Below, piece by piece: positions 52,224 through 63,868 of a stretch of DNA of 64,000 nt. Under the pieces are notes generated by a model, which worked only from the letters and a program-made list of their open reading frames with translations, ran no database searches and was not told where the DNA came from. Made by a program: the position numbers and the translations under genes. Source of the DNA: Trichormus sp. ATA11-4-KO1 (lineage in GTDB: Bacteria; Cyanobacteriota; Cyanobacteriia; Cyanobacteriales; Nostocaceae); contig JAHHIM010000018.1 of assembly GCA_019358915.1 (NCBI GenBank), forward strand, positions 20,809 through 84,808. The letters are read 5' to 3'. Each line of letters starts with the position of its first letter. Position 1 is the first letter of the stretch.

Positions 52224-53456
52224 ATGACACGGAAATGGCTCTCGATTGTTGGTATTGGGGAAGATGGGTTACAAGGGTTAAGTGCGATCGCTCGTTCCCT
52301 GGTTGATCAAGCTGAAGTGATTATCGGTGGCGATCGCCATTTAGCAATGTTACCCCCAGATGACCAACGCGAGAAAATTGTCTGGGCTGCTCCCATTAGC
52401 ACTTCCATAGCCGAAATCATCCACCGCCGGGGTCAATTAATCTGTGTATTAGCTAGTGGTGACCCCATGTTTTATGGTATCGGTGTCACCCTCACCCGCC
52501 AAATTCCCATTGCCGAAATCACGATTATCCCTGCGCCTTCAACCTTCAGTCTTGCCTGTGCCAAATTGGGATGGTCGTTAACTGAGGTAGAAACCTTGAG
52601 TTTGTGCGGTCGTCCAGCCTCTTTACTTCAGTCTTACATCTATCCAGGGGCGAAGCTGTTGATTTTGAGTGCAGGTAAAGATACACCTGCAATTGCTGCT
52701 GAGATATTGACAAATCGCGGCTATGGTGGTAGCAAAATTACCATCTTAGAACGGATGGGTAACATTCATGAACGAATTATCGAAAGTACAGCCGCATCTT
52801 GGAGTGAAAGAGAAATTGCGCCTTTGAATGCGATCGCCGTCAATTGTATTGTTGATTCTGGGGTTGAACCTTTACCGCGAATACCAGGACTACCAGATAA
52901 CGCTTATCATCATGATGGACAGTTAACCAAACGAGAAGTCAGGGCAGTTACCTTGTCAACATTAGCACCCAATCCAGGAGAGCTACTGTGGGATGTCGGT
53001 GCGGGTTGTGGTTCTATTTCTATCGAATGGATGCGTACTCATCCTCGATGTCGAGCGATCGCGATTGAACAAAACTCTTCTAGAATCAACTATATTGCCG
53101 ACAATGCTGCTAGTTTAGGAACTCCCAACCTGCAAATCATCACTGGGAAATCTCCCCAAATTCTCAAAGATTTGCCCACACCCAACGCTATCTTTATTGG
53201 TGGTGGAGTCACAGCCGAGAAACTTTTTGATGTGTGTTGGCAAGCATTAAATCCGGGTGGGCGATTAGTCGCCAATGTTGTCACCCTAGAAGGCGAGCAA
53301 ACCTTATTTCAATGGTATGAAAAAGCTGGTGGTAATTTCACCCGCATTGCTATTCAAAGAGCGGAACCTATTGGCAAATTTTTAGGCTGGCGGGCAATGG
53401 CACCTGTAACCCAATGGATAGTAATCAAGAGTGCTGAGTGCCTTTCTGAGTGCTGA
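52224..53456 (+). CDS. cbiET: Bifunctional precorrin-6Y methyltransferase/decarboxylase CbiE/CbiT (CobL)
   Basis: VGIGEDG, LASGDPMFYGIG, GQLTKREVR, WDVGAGCGS, FIGGG. Confidence 0.95.
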   Translation: MTRKWLSIVGIGEDGLQGLSAIARSLVDQAEVIIGGDRHLAMLPPDDQREKIVWAAPISTSIAEIIHRRGQLICVLASGDPMFYGIGVTLTRQIPIAEITIIPAPSTFSLACAKLGWSLTEVETLSLCGRPASLLQSYIYPGAKLLILSAGKDTPAIAAEILTNRGYGGSKITILERMGNIHERIIESTAASWSEREIAPLNAIAVNCIVDSGVEPLPRIPGLPDNAYHHDGQLTKREVRAVTLSTLAPNPGELLWDVGAGCGSISIEWMRTHPRCRAIAIEQNSSRINYIADNAASLGTPNLQIITGKSPQILKDLPTPNAIFIGGGVTAEKLFDVCWQALNPGGRLVANVVTLEGEQTLFQWYEKAGGNFTRIAIQRAEPIGKFLGWRAMAPVTQWIVIKSAECLSEC

Positions 53457-53664
53457 GTAAAGAATTATTATTTATCTTTTGCCCCTCTACCTCCTACCTA
53501 AAAGTTGCATCTTTCATACCCAAGCTAGAAGTGAGGGACTTTCACGCTTATCTAGCATATAGAAGTAACAAAGGAAATGTACCTCTAAACACCCGTCACA
53601 TAGAACCACAGTTGTTGAGGAGAGAAAAATGAGGTCGTGACCTGCTAGAGTTCTGAAATTCATC

Positions 53665-56094
53665 ATGCATGAACTGCTGCAAACTGCCTTAGACAGTGAG
53701 CAAAAAACTATTCTGCGTCAGCTGATATTTGCATTGCAAGCTTCACATAAGTGTTACTTCCTGAGAAATGAAATCCTACATGCTTTTGCGGAGTACTGTC
53801 ACCAATCTCAAAAGCCAGCTTACTTTTTCCACTCTTCTTCTATCAGTCAACTAATTCACTATACCCATGAAATGATTCTGGAAGAGGAAAGCACTTGGTT
53901 TCTTGTCCGACCCTGGATTGCTAGCCAACAAGTGTGGCGGCTGAAATCCGACTTTACTGGGTTTGATCTGATGACACCCCAGGCGTGGTTAGATGTAAGC
54001 GATCGCCTAGTTAACCGCTACCAACCTCACATTCTAGAAATTGACCTCCAACCTTTTTACAAAGGTTCCCCGAAAATCAGTGACTCGAGAAATATTGGTC
54101 AAGGTCTAGCCTTCCTCAACCATTACTTGTGCAATCAACTGTTGATTGACACCCATTATTGGCTAGAGGTGTTGTTTCAGGCATTATATCAACTGACATA
54201 TGATCAAATGCCCCTGCTAATTAGCGATCGCATTCCCTCAGGAATTCACCTAGCCAAACAAATTAAGCAAGCCCTCAAATTTTTAAATCAGCTACCTCCT
54301 GAAGAACCCTACAAAAATTTTCGCGATGACCTCCAAGCACTTGGCTTTGAGCCAGGATGGGGAAACACTGCTGGGCGAGTATGCGAAACTTTAGAACTTT
54401 TAGAGCGGCTGATTGACAGCCCACAACCTGCTATCCTCGAAGCATTTGTGGCTCGTGTCCCGGCTATTTTCCGCGTCGTTCTCATCTCCATACACGGCTG
54501 GGTTGCTCAACAGGATGTGTTGGGAAGAGATGAAACACTAGGTCAAGTGATTTATGTCCTGGAACAAGCTCGGACTTTAGAAAATAAGCTACAAGCAGAA
54601 ATCAAACTTGCTGGTCTCGACTTGTTGGGCATTCAACCCCATGTAATTATTCTTACTAGACTCATTCCTCACTGCGACGGTACAGAATGTAACCTCCGTC
54701 TAGAAAAAGTTCAAGATACGGAAAATGCCTGGATATTGCGTGTTCCTTTCGCGGAATTTAATCCTGTCGTCACCGACAATTGGATATCTAAATATGAGAT
54801 TTGGCCTTATCTGGAAACATTTGCTCAGGATGCAGAAAAAGAATTGCTAGCTCAATTCCAAGGTTGTCCTAATCTAATTGTGGGCAACTACAGCGATGGT
54901 AACTTAGTCGCTTCACTCCTTTCCCGCAGCCTGAAAGTCACTCAGTGCAACATTGCTCACTCCCTGGAAAAGCCTAAACACTTATTTAGTAACTTATATT
55001 GGCAAGATTTAGAAGACCGTTACCACTTCTCGGTACAATTCACCGCCGATTTAATTAGCATGAATGCTGCTGATTTTATTGTCACTTCGTCCTACCAAGA
55101 AATTGTGGGCACACCAGAAACAATGGGGCAATACGAATCCTACAAGTGTTTCACTATGCCTCAGTTGTATCATGTAGTTGATGGCATTGAATTGTTTAGC
55201 CCTAAGTTCAACGTCGTACCGCCGGGAGTCGATGAAGATATTTTCTTCCCCCATAACCAAAATTTAGAACCAGATCCCAGCCTGCGTACCCAAATCTACG
55301 ATCTACTATTTAGCCGTGAAGACCCCCAAATTCTTGGTTGCTTAAAAGACCCAGACAAGCGCCCAATTTTAACTGTTGCTCCTGTTACCTCAATTAAAAA
55401 TCTCACTGGTTTAGCTGAATGCTTTGGCAAAAGTCAAGCGTTACAAGAGCGGTGCAACTTAATTCTTTTAACTAGTAAATTACATCCATCTGAAGCCAGA
55501 AACCCAGAAGAAGCAGAAGAAATTCAAAAACTGCATGACATCATCACTCAATATCATCTCCACGGCCATATTCGCTGGTTGGGGATGCGTCTTTCTAGCC
55601 ATGACCTTGGTGAAGCCTACCGAGTAATTGCTAATTGTCAGGGAATTTATGCTCACTTTGCTCTCTTTGAAGCTTTCGGACGCAGTATTTTAGAAGCCAT
55701 GATTTCCGGCTTACCAACTTTCACTACTAAATTTGGTGGTGCTTTAGAAATTATTGAGGGTCTAGAAGATGAGTTTCATCTTAACCCTACAGATTTAGAA
55801 GGAACAGCCGAGAAAATTTTAGCTTTCTTGGAAAAATGTGATAATTACCCCCAACACTGGAACGAAATCTCCGAGTGGATGAGCCAGCGAATTCTTAACA
55901 AATATAATTGGCAGCTACACACAACTCATTTACTATTGCTGGCTAAAATGTTTAGATTCTGGAACTTTGCATCTCCAGAAGATAACGAAGCCAGAGATCG
56001 CTACGTAGAAACCTTATTCCATTTGATTTATAAACCCAGAACCGAAAAAATTTTAGAAAAGCATATGCATCTTTCATCTCCGATTCAAAATTAA
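53665..56094 (+). CDS. susB: Sucrose synthase, divergent SusB type
   Basis: GFEPGWGNTA, GQVIYVLEQAR, GNYSDGNLVA, QYESY..FTMP.LYHVVDGI, FEAFG. Confidence 0.85.
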   Translation: MHELLQTALDSEQKTILRQLIFALQASHKCYFLRNEILHAFAEYCHQSQKPAYFFHSSSISQLIHYTHEMILEEESTWFLVRPWIASQQVWRLKSDFTGFDLMTPQAWLDVSDRLVNRYQPHILEIDLQPFYKGSPKISDSRNIGQGLAFLNHYLCNQLLIDTHYWLEVLFQALYQLTYDQMPLLISDRIPSGIHLAKQIKQALKFLNQLPPEEPYKNFRDDLQALGFEPGWGNTAGRVCETLELLERLIDSPQPAILEAFVARVPAIFRVVLISIHGWVAQQDVLGRDETLGQVIYVLEQARTLENKLQAEIKLAGLDLLGIQPHVIILTRLIPHCDGTECNLRLEKVQDTENAWILRVPFAEFNPVVTDNWISKYEIWPYLETFAQDAEKELLAQFQGCPNLIVGNYSDGNLVASLLSRSLKVTQCNIAHSLEKPKHLFSNLYWQDLEDRYHFSVQFTADLISMNAADFIVTSSYQEIVGTPETMGQYESYKCFTMPQLYHVVDGIELFSPKFNVVPPGVDEDIFFPHNQNLEPDPSLRTQIYDLLFSREDPQILGCLKDPDKRPILTVAPVTSIKNLTGLAECFGKSQALQERCNLILLTSKLHPSEARNPEEAEEIQKLHDIITQYHLHGHIRWLGMRLSSHDLGEAYRVIANCQGIYAHFALFEAFGRSILEAMISGLPTFTTKFGGALEIIEGLEDEFHLNPTDLEGTAEKILAFLEKCDNYPQHWNEISEWMSQRILNKYNWQLHTTHLLLLAKMFRFWNFASPEDNEARDRYVETLFHLIYKPRTEKILEKHMHLSSPIQN

Positions 56095-56311
56095 AGAAGA
56101 AGGAAGAAGGAAGAAGGAAGAAAGAGGAATTTAGTGGGGATTTAAACCCCCACTACATAAATTCCAGTGAAAAAATAAGGAAGAAGGACGAATTTAGTGG
56201 CTTGGTCGCGATTCGTCAAAGGGAAGACTTCTTACGTATTTCCTCTAACTTCTGACTTTATTAAAAATAATGGATTCAAAAATTTTTAATTTTTAATTTA
56301 ACAAGGCATTC

Positions 56312-59275
56312 ATGATGGATAAAAAAAGTCCGGCTCACAACTTTATTTATACAGACTGGATATTAATTGAAACCCAGTTTGACCCTGAGCAGTTGCACTC
56401 AGGAGAAACCATCTTCACTATTGGTAATGGATATCTGGGAACACGGGGTAGTTTTGACGAAGGCTACATTCGGGCATTACCAGCTACTTTTATTCATGGT
56501 GTCTATGATGATGTTCCTGTGGTTTACACAGAACTTGTCAACTGTCCTGACTGGTTACCATTGATAGTGATCATTGATGGCGATCGCTTCCGCCTCGATC
56601 AAGGTGAGATATTACAGTATGACCGACAGCTTGACCTCCGCCAAGGAATTCTTAGCCGTTCCTTACGTTGGCATAGTCCTAGTGGCAAGGTCATAGACAT
56701 CCACTTTGAACGCTTCGCTAGTATGGCAGACAAGCATGTGTTAGGACAACGCTGCCGATTAACGCCATTAAATTTCGATGGCTTGATTGAAGTTCAGGCT
56801 AGTATCAATGGTTATCCAGAAAATCAGGGTTTCAATCACTGGGAAGGACTAGACCAGGGTAAGACCGAGCAGGGAATTTGGTTACACAGCCGTACCCGCA
56901 ATTCTCGGATTGATATTGGCATGGGGGCTAAATTGACAGTATTGGGAACCGAAGCGTCGCTACAAGTCAACACTGCCCCCGGATATCCTACCTTGAGTGC
57001 AACTTTCTTGGCTACATCAGCACAAACCGTGATAGTAGAAAAGTTAGTCACAGTTTTTACTTCGCGGGAGACGGACACCCCAATCCTCGCAGCTCAAGAA
57101 AAGCTGGCGTACTTGCCAGACTATACAACGTTGCTCGACGCTAATGAACTGGCATGGGATGAGGTTTGGCAAAACAGTGACATCCTGATTGAGGGAGATA
57201 GCATAGCCACATTTGCTGTCCGCTACAATATTTTTCAACTGCTGATTGCTGGCCCAAAGCATGATGACAAAGTAAGTATTCCCGCTAAAACCCTTTCGGG
57301 GTTTGGCTATCGGGGTCATATCTTTTGGGACACAGAAATTTTTATCTTGCCCTTTTTTACTTTTACCCAACCAGCCCTAGCTCGTAATTTACTGAGTTAC
57401 CGATATCACACATTGAATGGAGCGCGCCGCAAGGCATCTCATTACGGTTATAAAGGGGCAATGTTTCCTTGGGAAAGTGCTGTTACTGGGGATGAAGTTA
57501 CACCACGTTGGTCACTTCCTAGTGATTTCTACGGTGAAGACATCCGGATTTGGTGTCGTGATCACGAAATTCACATCAGTTCCGATATTCCTTATGCTGT
57601 CTGGTACTACTGGCAAGCCACTGGTGATGATGAGTGGATGCGGGATTGTGGTGCAGAGATTGTCTTAGATACCGCCATTTTTTGGAGTAGCCGAGTCGAG
57701 TTCAATGCTCAACAAGACCGTTACGAAATTCGTGGGGTCATAGGAGCCGATGAATACCATGAATTCGTACATAACAACGCTTTTACTAACCGGATAGTGC
57801 AATGGCACTTAGAAAAAACACTCATGGTGGATGATTGGCTGCGTCACACCTACCCAGAACGAGCAGCTGAGTTAGAGGAGAAACTGCAACTCTCCTCCGG
57901 AGACGCTATGCGATCGCAATGGCAAGATATCATTGCCAAAATGTGGATTCCTTACGACCCCTCAACTGGATTAATTGAGCAGTTTGAGGGATTTTTCCAA
58001 TTGGCAGATATTAACTTGGAAGACTACGAACCACGCGAGAAATCAATACAAGCCGTTCTGGGGATTGAAGAAGCTAGCAAGCATCAAGTACTCAAGCAGC
58101 CAGATGTGTTAATGCTGCTTTATTTAATGCGGGAATCAGCTGAGTTTCCTTATAACCAAAAAACATTACAGGCAAATTGGGACTACTACGCACCCCGTAC
58201 TGATATTACCTATGGTTCATCTTTAGGCCCGGCAATTCATGCCATTTTAGCCTCAGATTTAAGCAACTTAGCGGAAGCTTACACACGGTTTATGCAAGCA
58301 GCAATGGTGGATTTGGGGGATCTACGAGGTAACACTACTGATGGGATTCACGGGGCTAGTGCTGGGGGTGTTTGGCAGGCTGTAGTGTTTGGATTTGGCG
58401 GGATTCAACTAACAGAAAATGGCCCTGTAGCCAACCCTCACCTACCTACTGGCTGGACGCGCCTCAAGTTTAAGTTACACTGGCACGGTCAATGGCACGA
58501 ATTCGATTTGCGCCCTCAACAAGTCAACCAAGAACAAAACAACAAAGAGTTGATATCATTGTCTTCATCCTCCATCCTGAGGGAAGCTGCGATCGCGTCT
58601 ACATCTCCCTACACACTCAACATTAAGGGAGTTATTTTTGATCTAGATGGTGTCTTAACAGATACAGCAGAATATCACTATTTAGCTTGGCAGAAACTAG
58701 CAGATGAGGAAGGTATACCCTTTAATCGCCAGGCTAACGAACCGTTAAGAGGAATATCTCGCCGTGCTTCGCTGATGCTCATCCTTCAGGATAGACATTA
58801 TTCAGACGCAGAAATTGAAGAAATGTTGGAACGTAAGAACCGCTACTATGTAGAACTTATTCGCAACATTACACCCGATGATTTATTACCAGGGGCGATC
58901 GCTTTATTGGACGAACTGCGGCAAGCTGGAATCAAAACAGCTATTGGTTCAGCTAGCAAAAATGCCCGGATGGTTGTAGAGCGCCTGGGTATTGCTGATC
59001 AAGTCGATGCGATCGCCGATGGCTACAGTGTACAACGACCTAAGCCAGCACCAGATTTATTTCTCTACGCAGCTAACCAGTTAGGAGTGCTACCACAGCA
59101 ATCTGTGGTAATTGAAGATGCCGCCGCAGGCGTTGAAGCCGCTAAAGCGGCTGGTATGTGGGTAGTAGGACTAGGCCCAACTGAACGCGTAGGAGCCGCT
59201 CATATTATTCTGCCTAGCCTCGCAGGTATTACGTGGGCGGATTTGCAAGCTCAATTAAATAACATTGCCAAATAA
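56312..59275 (+). CDS. GH65 glycoside phosphorylase fused to beta-phosphoglucomutase
   Basis: GNGYLGTRG, YRGHIFWDTE, GADEYHE, KQPDV, GSSL. C-terminal HAD with FDLDGVLTDTAEYHYLAW and KPAPDLF. Confidence 0.93.
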   Translation: MMDKKSPAHNFIYTDWILIETQFDPEQLHSGETIFTIGNGYLGTRGSFDEGYIRALPATFIHGVYDDVPVVYTELVNCPDWLPLIVIIDGDRFRLDQGEILQYDRQLDLRQGILSRSLRWHSPSGKVIDIHFERFASMADKHVLGQRCRLTPLNFDGLIEVQASINGYPENQGFNHWEGLDQGKTEQGIWLHSRTRNSRIDIGMGAKLTVLGTEASLQVNTAPGYPTLSATFLATSAQTVIVEKLVTVFTSRETDTPILAAQEKLAYLPDYTTLLDANELAWDEVWQNSDILIEGDSIATFAVRYNIFQLLIAGPKHDDKVSIPAKTLSGFGYRGHIFWDTEIFILPFFTFTQPALARNLLSYRYHTLNGARRKASHYGYKGAMFPWESAVTGDEVTPRWSLPSDFYGEDIRIWCRDHEIHISSDIPYAVWYYWQATGDDEWMRDCGAEIVLDTAIFWSSRVEFNAQQDRYEIRGVIGADEYHEFVHNNAFTNRIVQWHLEKTLMVDDWLRHTYPERAAELEEKLQLSSGDAMRSQWQDIIAKMWIPYDPSTGLIEQFEGFFQLADINLEDYEPREKSIQAVLGIEEASKHQVLKQPDVLMLLYLMRESAEFPYNQKTLQANWDYYAPRTDITYGSSLGPAIHAILASDLSNLAEAYTRFMQAAMVDLGDLRGNTTDGIHGASAGGVWQAVVFGFGGIQLTENGPVANPHLPTGWTRLKFKLHWHGQWHEFDLRPQQVNQEQNNKELISLSSSSILREAAIASTSPYTLNIKGVIFDLDGVLTDTAEYHYLAWQKLADEEGIPFNRQANEPLRGISRRASLMLILQDRHYSDAEIEEMLERKNRYYVELIRNITPDDLLPGAIALLDELRQAGIKTAIGSASKNARMVVERLGIADQVDAIADGYSVQRPKPAPDLFLYAANQLGVLPQQSVVIEDAAAGVEAAKAAGMWVVGLGPTERVGAAHIILPSLAGITWADLQAQLNNIAK

Positions 59276-59414
59276 GACCTGTAATAAAAGGTAACAGGGA
59301 ACAGGGAAAGTTACACTATTGCCAAAAGTATTTTGAAATGATTTCCTCACAAGTTCCTCAAATTATTCTCCTACCTTGAATAGTATCAAGGTGAAATTTT
59401 TTAGGAGACGATGT

Positions 59415-59594
59415 ATGTCTATCTCTAAAAGAACCGGGCAAATATTACAATCAATTAAAAATATTCCTCAGGAATTAATTAATTACATCTCAGGTGCAGT
59501 CACCAGGATTTTTAGCCCTAGTGATGATAATTATCCAGCCACAGGAGTTCAACCTTTTGAAGGTGAGCCGGCTGATAAAGATAGTCATTGGTAG
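59415..59594 (+). CDS. Small hypothetical protein (59 aa)
   Basis: AGGAG RBS and RIFSPSDDNYPATGVQPFEGEP. Confidence 0.7.
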   Translation: MSISKRTGQILQSIKNIPQELINYISGAVTRIFSPSDDNYPATGVQPFEGEPADKDSHW

Positions 59595-59659
59595 AGTCAG
59601 TATTTACCTATATTTGAGTTTTCCATATATGGAAAACCCAATATGTTGTTGCAAAGGTT

Positions 59660-60049
59660 ATGACAATGGATGTTGTTAGGAAGATCAACAATGAGTTAGC
59701 GATCGCCGGACAAATTACAATACAACAGTTCCAATTAATTGCTGATGATGGTTATAAATCCGTACTTAATCTCCGTTCACCAGATGAACAAAATTTCCTT
59801 GCTCATGAACAGGAAAAGATTGAGTTTTTAGGATTGCAATATGTTAATTTTCCTATAAATGCTGAAGAAATTAACCATCAAGTTGTTCTCCAATTATTTC
59901 CCATAATTTCTGAACTACCAAAACCTATGCTGATTCATTGTGATAATGCCATTCGTGCAGCAGCAATAGTGTTCTTATACATTGCCACAAAACAAGGAAT
60001 TAATTTTGAGAAGGCATTACAAAAAGCTATAAATTTAGAATTATTATAA
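59660..60049 (+). CDS. DUF442 / PTP-like (beta-lactamase hydrolase-like) protein
   Basis: AGQIT, KSVLNLRSPDE, PMLIHCxxxxRA. Confidence 0.8.
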   Translation: MTMDVVRKINNELAIAGQITIQQFQLIADDGYKSVLNLRSPDEQNFLAHEQEKIEFLGLQYVNFPINAEEINHQVVLQLFPIISELPKPMLIHCDNAIRAAAIVFLYIATKQGINFEKALQKAINLELL

Positions 60050-60133
60050 TTTTAATTTGTGCAGATAGTCTAATGCTAAAAAATAGCAGATGTATAAAAA
60101 TGATGATCAAATACAAACAAAAGGTGCTAAACA

Positions 60134-60496
60134 ATGACTAAAACTCTTGTTAATATCACATTAATAGTAGTGAATAAAGAGCTGGAAACAGTTTTAGAAA
60201 CTTACCCTGACCATCCATATCAAGAAGCTTTTGCACATCCTGATATTAGACAAGTTTTAATTGCTTATATTTTAAACAGAATTCCCAACCATTACATCAC
60301 AGTTGACCAAGAAGACAAAAAACAAGCATTCACCAGTGTAAATAATTTGTGGCACTCTCTAGAAGAAAATTTGCAGATAGAAGCCATAATTCACCAAGGG
60401 ATTGAGAAAGTTTTATGTGAGCAAGCACAAGAAGTCAGTCGGCATATTCCAGAAGTAGTTAATCCCGGTTTGATAGCGTCTGATTGGTTTGGCTAG
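60134..60496 (+). CDS. ComFB-like hypothetical protein
   Basis: LVNIT..V...LE.Y....Q...LIAYILNRIPNHY pattern resembles the ComFB ALNxLPxxY motif. Confidence 0.55.
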   Translation: MTKTLVNITLIVVNKELETVLETYPDHPYQEAFAHPDIRQVLIAYILNRIPNHYITVDQEDKKQAFTSVNNLWHSLEENLQIEAIIHQGIEKVLCEQAQEVSRHIPEVVNPGLIASDWFG

Positions 60497-60709
60497 TTAG
60501 CTGATTCTGTGCAAGACGCTACGCGAACTTTGTAGAACTACCCCTTTCAAGATGTCATGTAATTTTCTTGGTGTCTTAGTGTCTTAGTGGTTAAAAAAAT
60601 GACCTTTGAACCACTAAGGCACAAAGGTACAAAGCCTAAAATTGGACAAAATTTTAGCTAATATTTACCCACCTGAGGAAAAAGTTATGTAGCGATCGCT
60701 CCTCTTAGC

Positions 60710-61456
60710 TTAACCGTGCAACTTGTTAAGCAACCATGCCAAAGCATCATCCACATTGCTAACCTGCTCTCCTGGGGGTGCAGGGGAACGATTGACCATC
60801 ACCACCTTTAGTCCCAATTCTCGCGCCGCCGCAATCTTGGCATAGGTAGCATTACCACCGCTATTTTTGCTCACGATGGTATCAATTTTATGTTTAATCA
60901 AAATTTCTCTCTCCCTATGGAGGGCAAAAGGGCCGCGATCGCACAATACTATTCCCGGCGGCACTAAGGCATTTGGCTCAGGAGGGTCAATCATCCGCAT
61001 CAAAAACCAAATTTCCTTCAGGTGAGCGAAGGTGTCTAGTTCTTGCCTACCAACAGTTAAAAAAACTCGTTCTGCCTGATTTTCTAGATAAAGTGCTGCG
61101 GCTTTGAGATGATCGACTTCGATCCAGCGATCGCCACATACTTTTTCCCAAGGTGGGCGGATCAATTTTAAACGAGGTATTGCGACTGCCGTTGCAGCAT
61201 CTGCCGCATTGCCAGAAATTTGAGTAGCAAAGGGATGGGTAGCATCGATCAACAAGTCGATTTTCATCTGACGAAGATAACTAGCCAGTCCAGCCACACC
61301 ACCAAAACCCCCAATGCGTAAATCGCCTAAGGGAATTGACGGTTCACGGGTGCGACCGGCTAGAGACGTAATCGCCTCAATTCCTGGGATAGTCGCAACT
61401 CTGGCAGCTAGTTCTGCTGCGTCTCCGGTTCCACCCAGAATCAAAACACGAATCAT
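60710..61456 (-). CDS. cobK: Cobalt-precorrin-6A / precorrin-6x reductase
   Basis: LILGGTGDA, GGFGG, IDATHPFA, SKNSGG. Confidence 0.95.
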   Translation of the reverse strand: MIRVLILGGTGDAAELAARVATIPGIEAITSLAGRTREPSIPLGDLRIGGFGGVAGLASYLRQMKIDLLIDATHPFATQISGNAADAATAVAIPRLKLIRPPWEKVCGDRWIEVDHLKAAALYLENQAERVFLTVGRQELDTFAHLKEIWFLMRMIDPPEPNALVPPGIVLCDRGPFALHREREILIKHKIDTIVSKNSGGNATYAKIAAARELGLKVVMVNRSPAPPGEQVSNVDDALAWLLNKLHG

Positions 61457-61873
61457 AAATATCTTCTCTGGGTTCTTTTTCCTGAGATTCCCTCAATTAA
61501 ATGTCTGTAGTCAGAAGAGTTGACAAGGTTCGGGGTTTTGACTTACTAGACTGATACAACTAAAATATTGAATTAGGTGTAAATTGGGTTGAGCAACGCG
61601 TAAAGCCCTGACGGGCATAGCTGCGCTTACCGCGTAGGTTCCCGTAGGCATAACCCAACATTGATCAGGGTGTTGGGTCTCTACAAATTTCTTGGCATTA
61701 TTTTAAGTGTGCCACGCCACTACTCTGTAATACACAGATTTTTGAACTAAGTCTGGTTTAAAACCTTGCTTCGAGGCTAATTCTTCCCCTTTTTCCCATT
61801 AAGAATTTCGCCCCGTTTGCGTAGTATCCCGTAGGATACAGACTTAATTAAATTTCTGTAGTATCTACTGTTT

Positions 61874-62287
61874 CTACAGTAATGGTGGTATCTTGGCCAA
61901 AATTCCTTTTTTCAGTGGTTCTGGTCTCTCTGACCAAGGCAGTAGACCATCGGCTTTAGCGTAGTATTGACTAGCACATGCCAGTACAGCAGATGCACTG
62001 CTATCAACGGCTAAATCACCAAAAAGATATGTTAATTTGCCTTTGGCAGTAAAGGCGACGACACAAGAATGATTACAAGCACTCATACATTCAACTTCTT
62101 TGATGGGAAATTCATCTTGCAATTCCCACTCTTGCGCTAGGTTTTGAAGATTCTGTAGTAGTTTTTGACCTCCACTTTCACCTAGGCGCTTTCCGTCTTG
62201 CCAAATGCTAGCGCAAGTTTTACAAACCAATAAAGCGTGAGAAACTACATCAACGGGACTAGTCGTTGCATTATGAACAGTAGTCAT
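61874..62287 (-). CDS. DUF1636 family metal-binding protein
   Basis: VCKTC, ECMSACNHSC, YLFGDL, RPEPLKKGILAKIPP. Start at MTTVHN after a GAGG RBS. Confidence 0.9.
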   Translation of the reverse strand: MTTVHNATTSPVDVVSHALLVCKTCASIWQDGKRLGESGGQKLLQNLQNLAQEWELQDEFPIKEVECMSACNHSCVVAFTAKGKLTYLFGDLAVDSSASAVLACASQYYAKADGLLPWSERPEPLKKGILAKIPPLL

Positions 62288-62321
62288 CTGTACCTCGCAG
62301 ATGTGGAAAGTCAAACAGTAT

Positions 62322-62474
62322 ACTTCGGTGGGTGTTCTGACTGGGAAAGTCAAAAGTAACAAAATAATCTTAGTATTTTGTCTTTTGCTTTACCTTCACA
62401 GTTGCGGGACAGTGCTGGATTTACACCAACTTTCCCCCTTACCTCTGGCAGCTGATCCCTACCAGAACCGAAAT
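62322..62474 (-). ncRNA. Cobalamin riboswitch
   Basis: Minus strand GGTTC...AAGGGGAAAGTTGGTGTAAATCCAGCACTGTCCCGCAACTGTGA...AGTCAGAACACCCACC, upstream of DUF1636. Confidence 0.95.
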
Positions 62475-62663
62475 GCCTCTTTATCTTATCACTAATATTT
62501 ATAGTTTTTATTTAGTAACTTGAGTATTTTATCTCCAAGTTGCTAAATAAAAACCATAATTTTCTTCAGCCAAAATTATCCTAAATTAGGAAAAATTATC
62601 TTGTTTCATTAAATAGAGTAAACTATGAGAAATCACTCATTTTTAGGCTGTTTTGCTTGTTTC

Positions 62664-63680
<1,017 letters not shown>

Positions 63681-63698
63681 TCAATGACTGGATGATAG

Positions 63699-63713
63699 TG
63701 ATAACTATTATCA
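63699..63713. promoter_or_regulatory. Zur box
   Basis: TGATAACTATTATCA, one mismatch to TGATAATNATTATCA, 21 nt upstream of the hemB ATG. Confidence 0.75.
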
Positions 63714-63868
63714 TCTCATGAAAACGGATAGATGACTTTACCCGATTTTTTGTGTAATTTTTCTGGAAGTCCCTAAAGTTGATATAGTCTACTTTTTTAT
63801 CAATAAAGGCAGAGGGCAGGAGGCAGGAGGCAGAAGGAATACTGTCCTCCGTCTTCTGCCCTCTGCCT

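Noticed and set aside
62288..62495. DUF1636 N-terminal extension and the 64-aa plus-strand ORF
   Set aside because: Both overlap the cobalamin riboswitch.
62625..62640. ATGAGAAATCACTCAT as a second Zur or ManR site
   Set aside because: Too many mismatches in AT-rich DNA.
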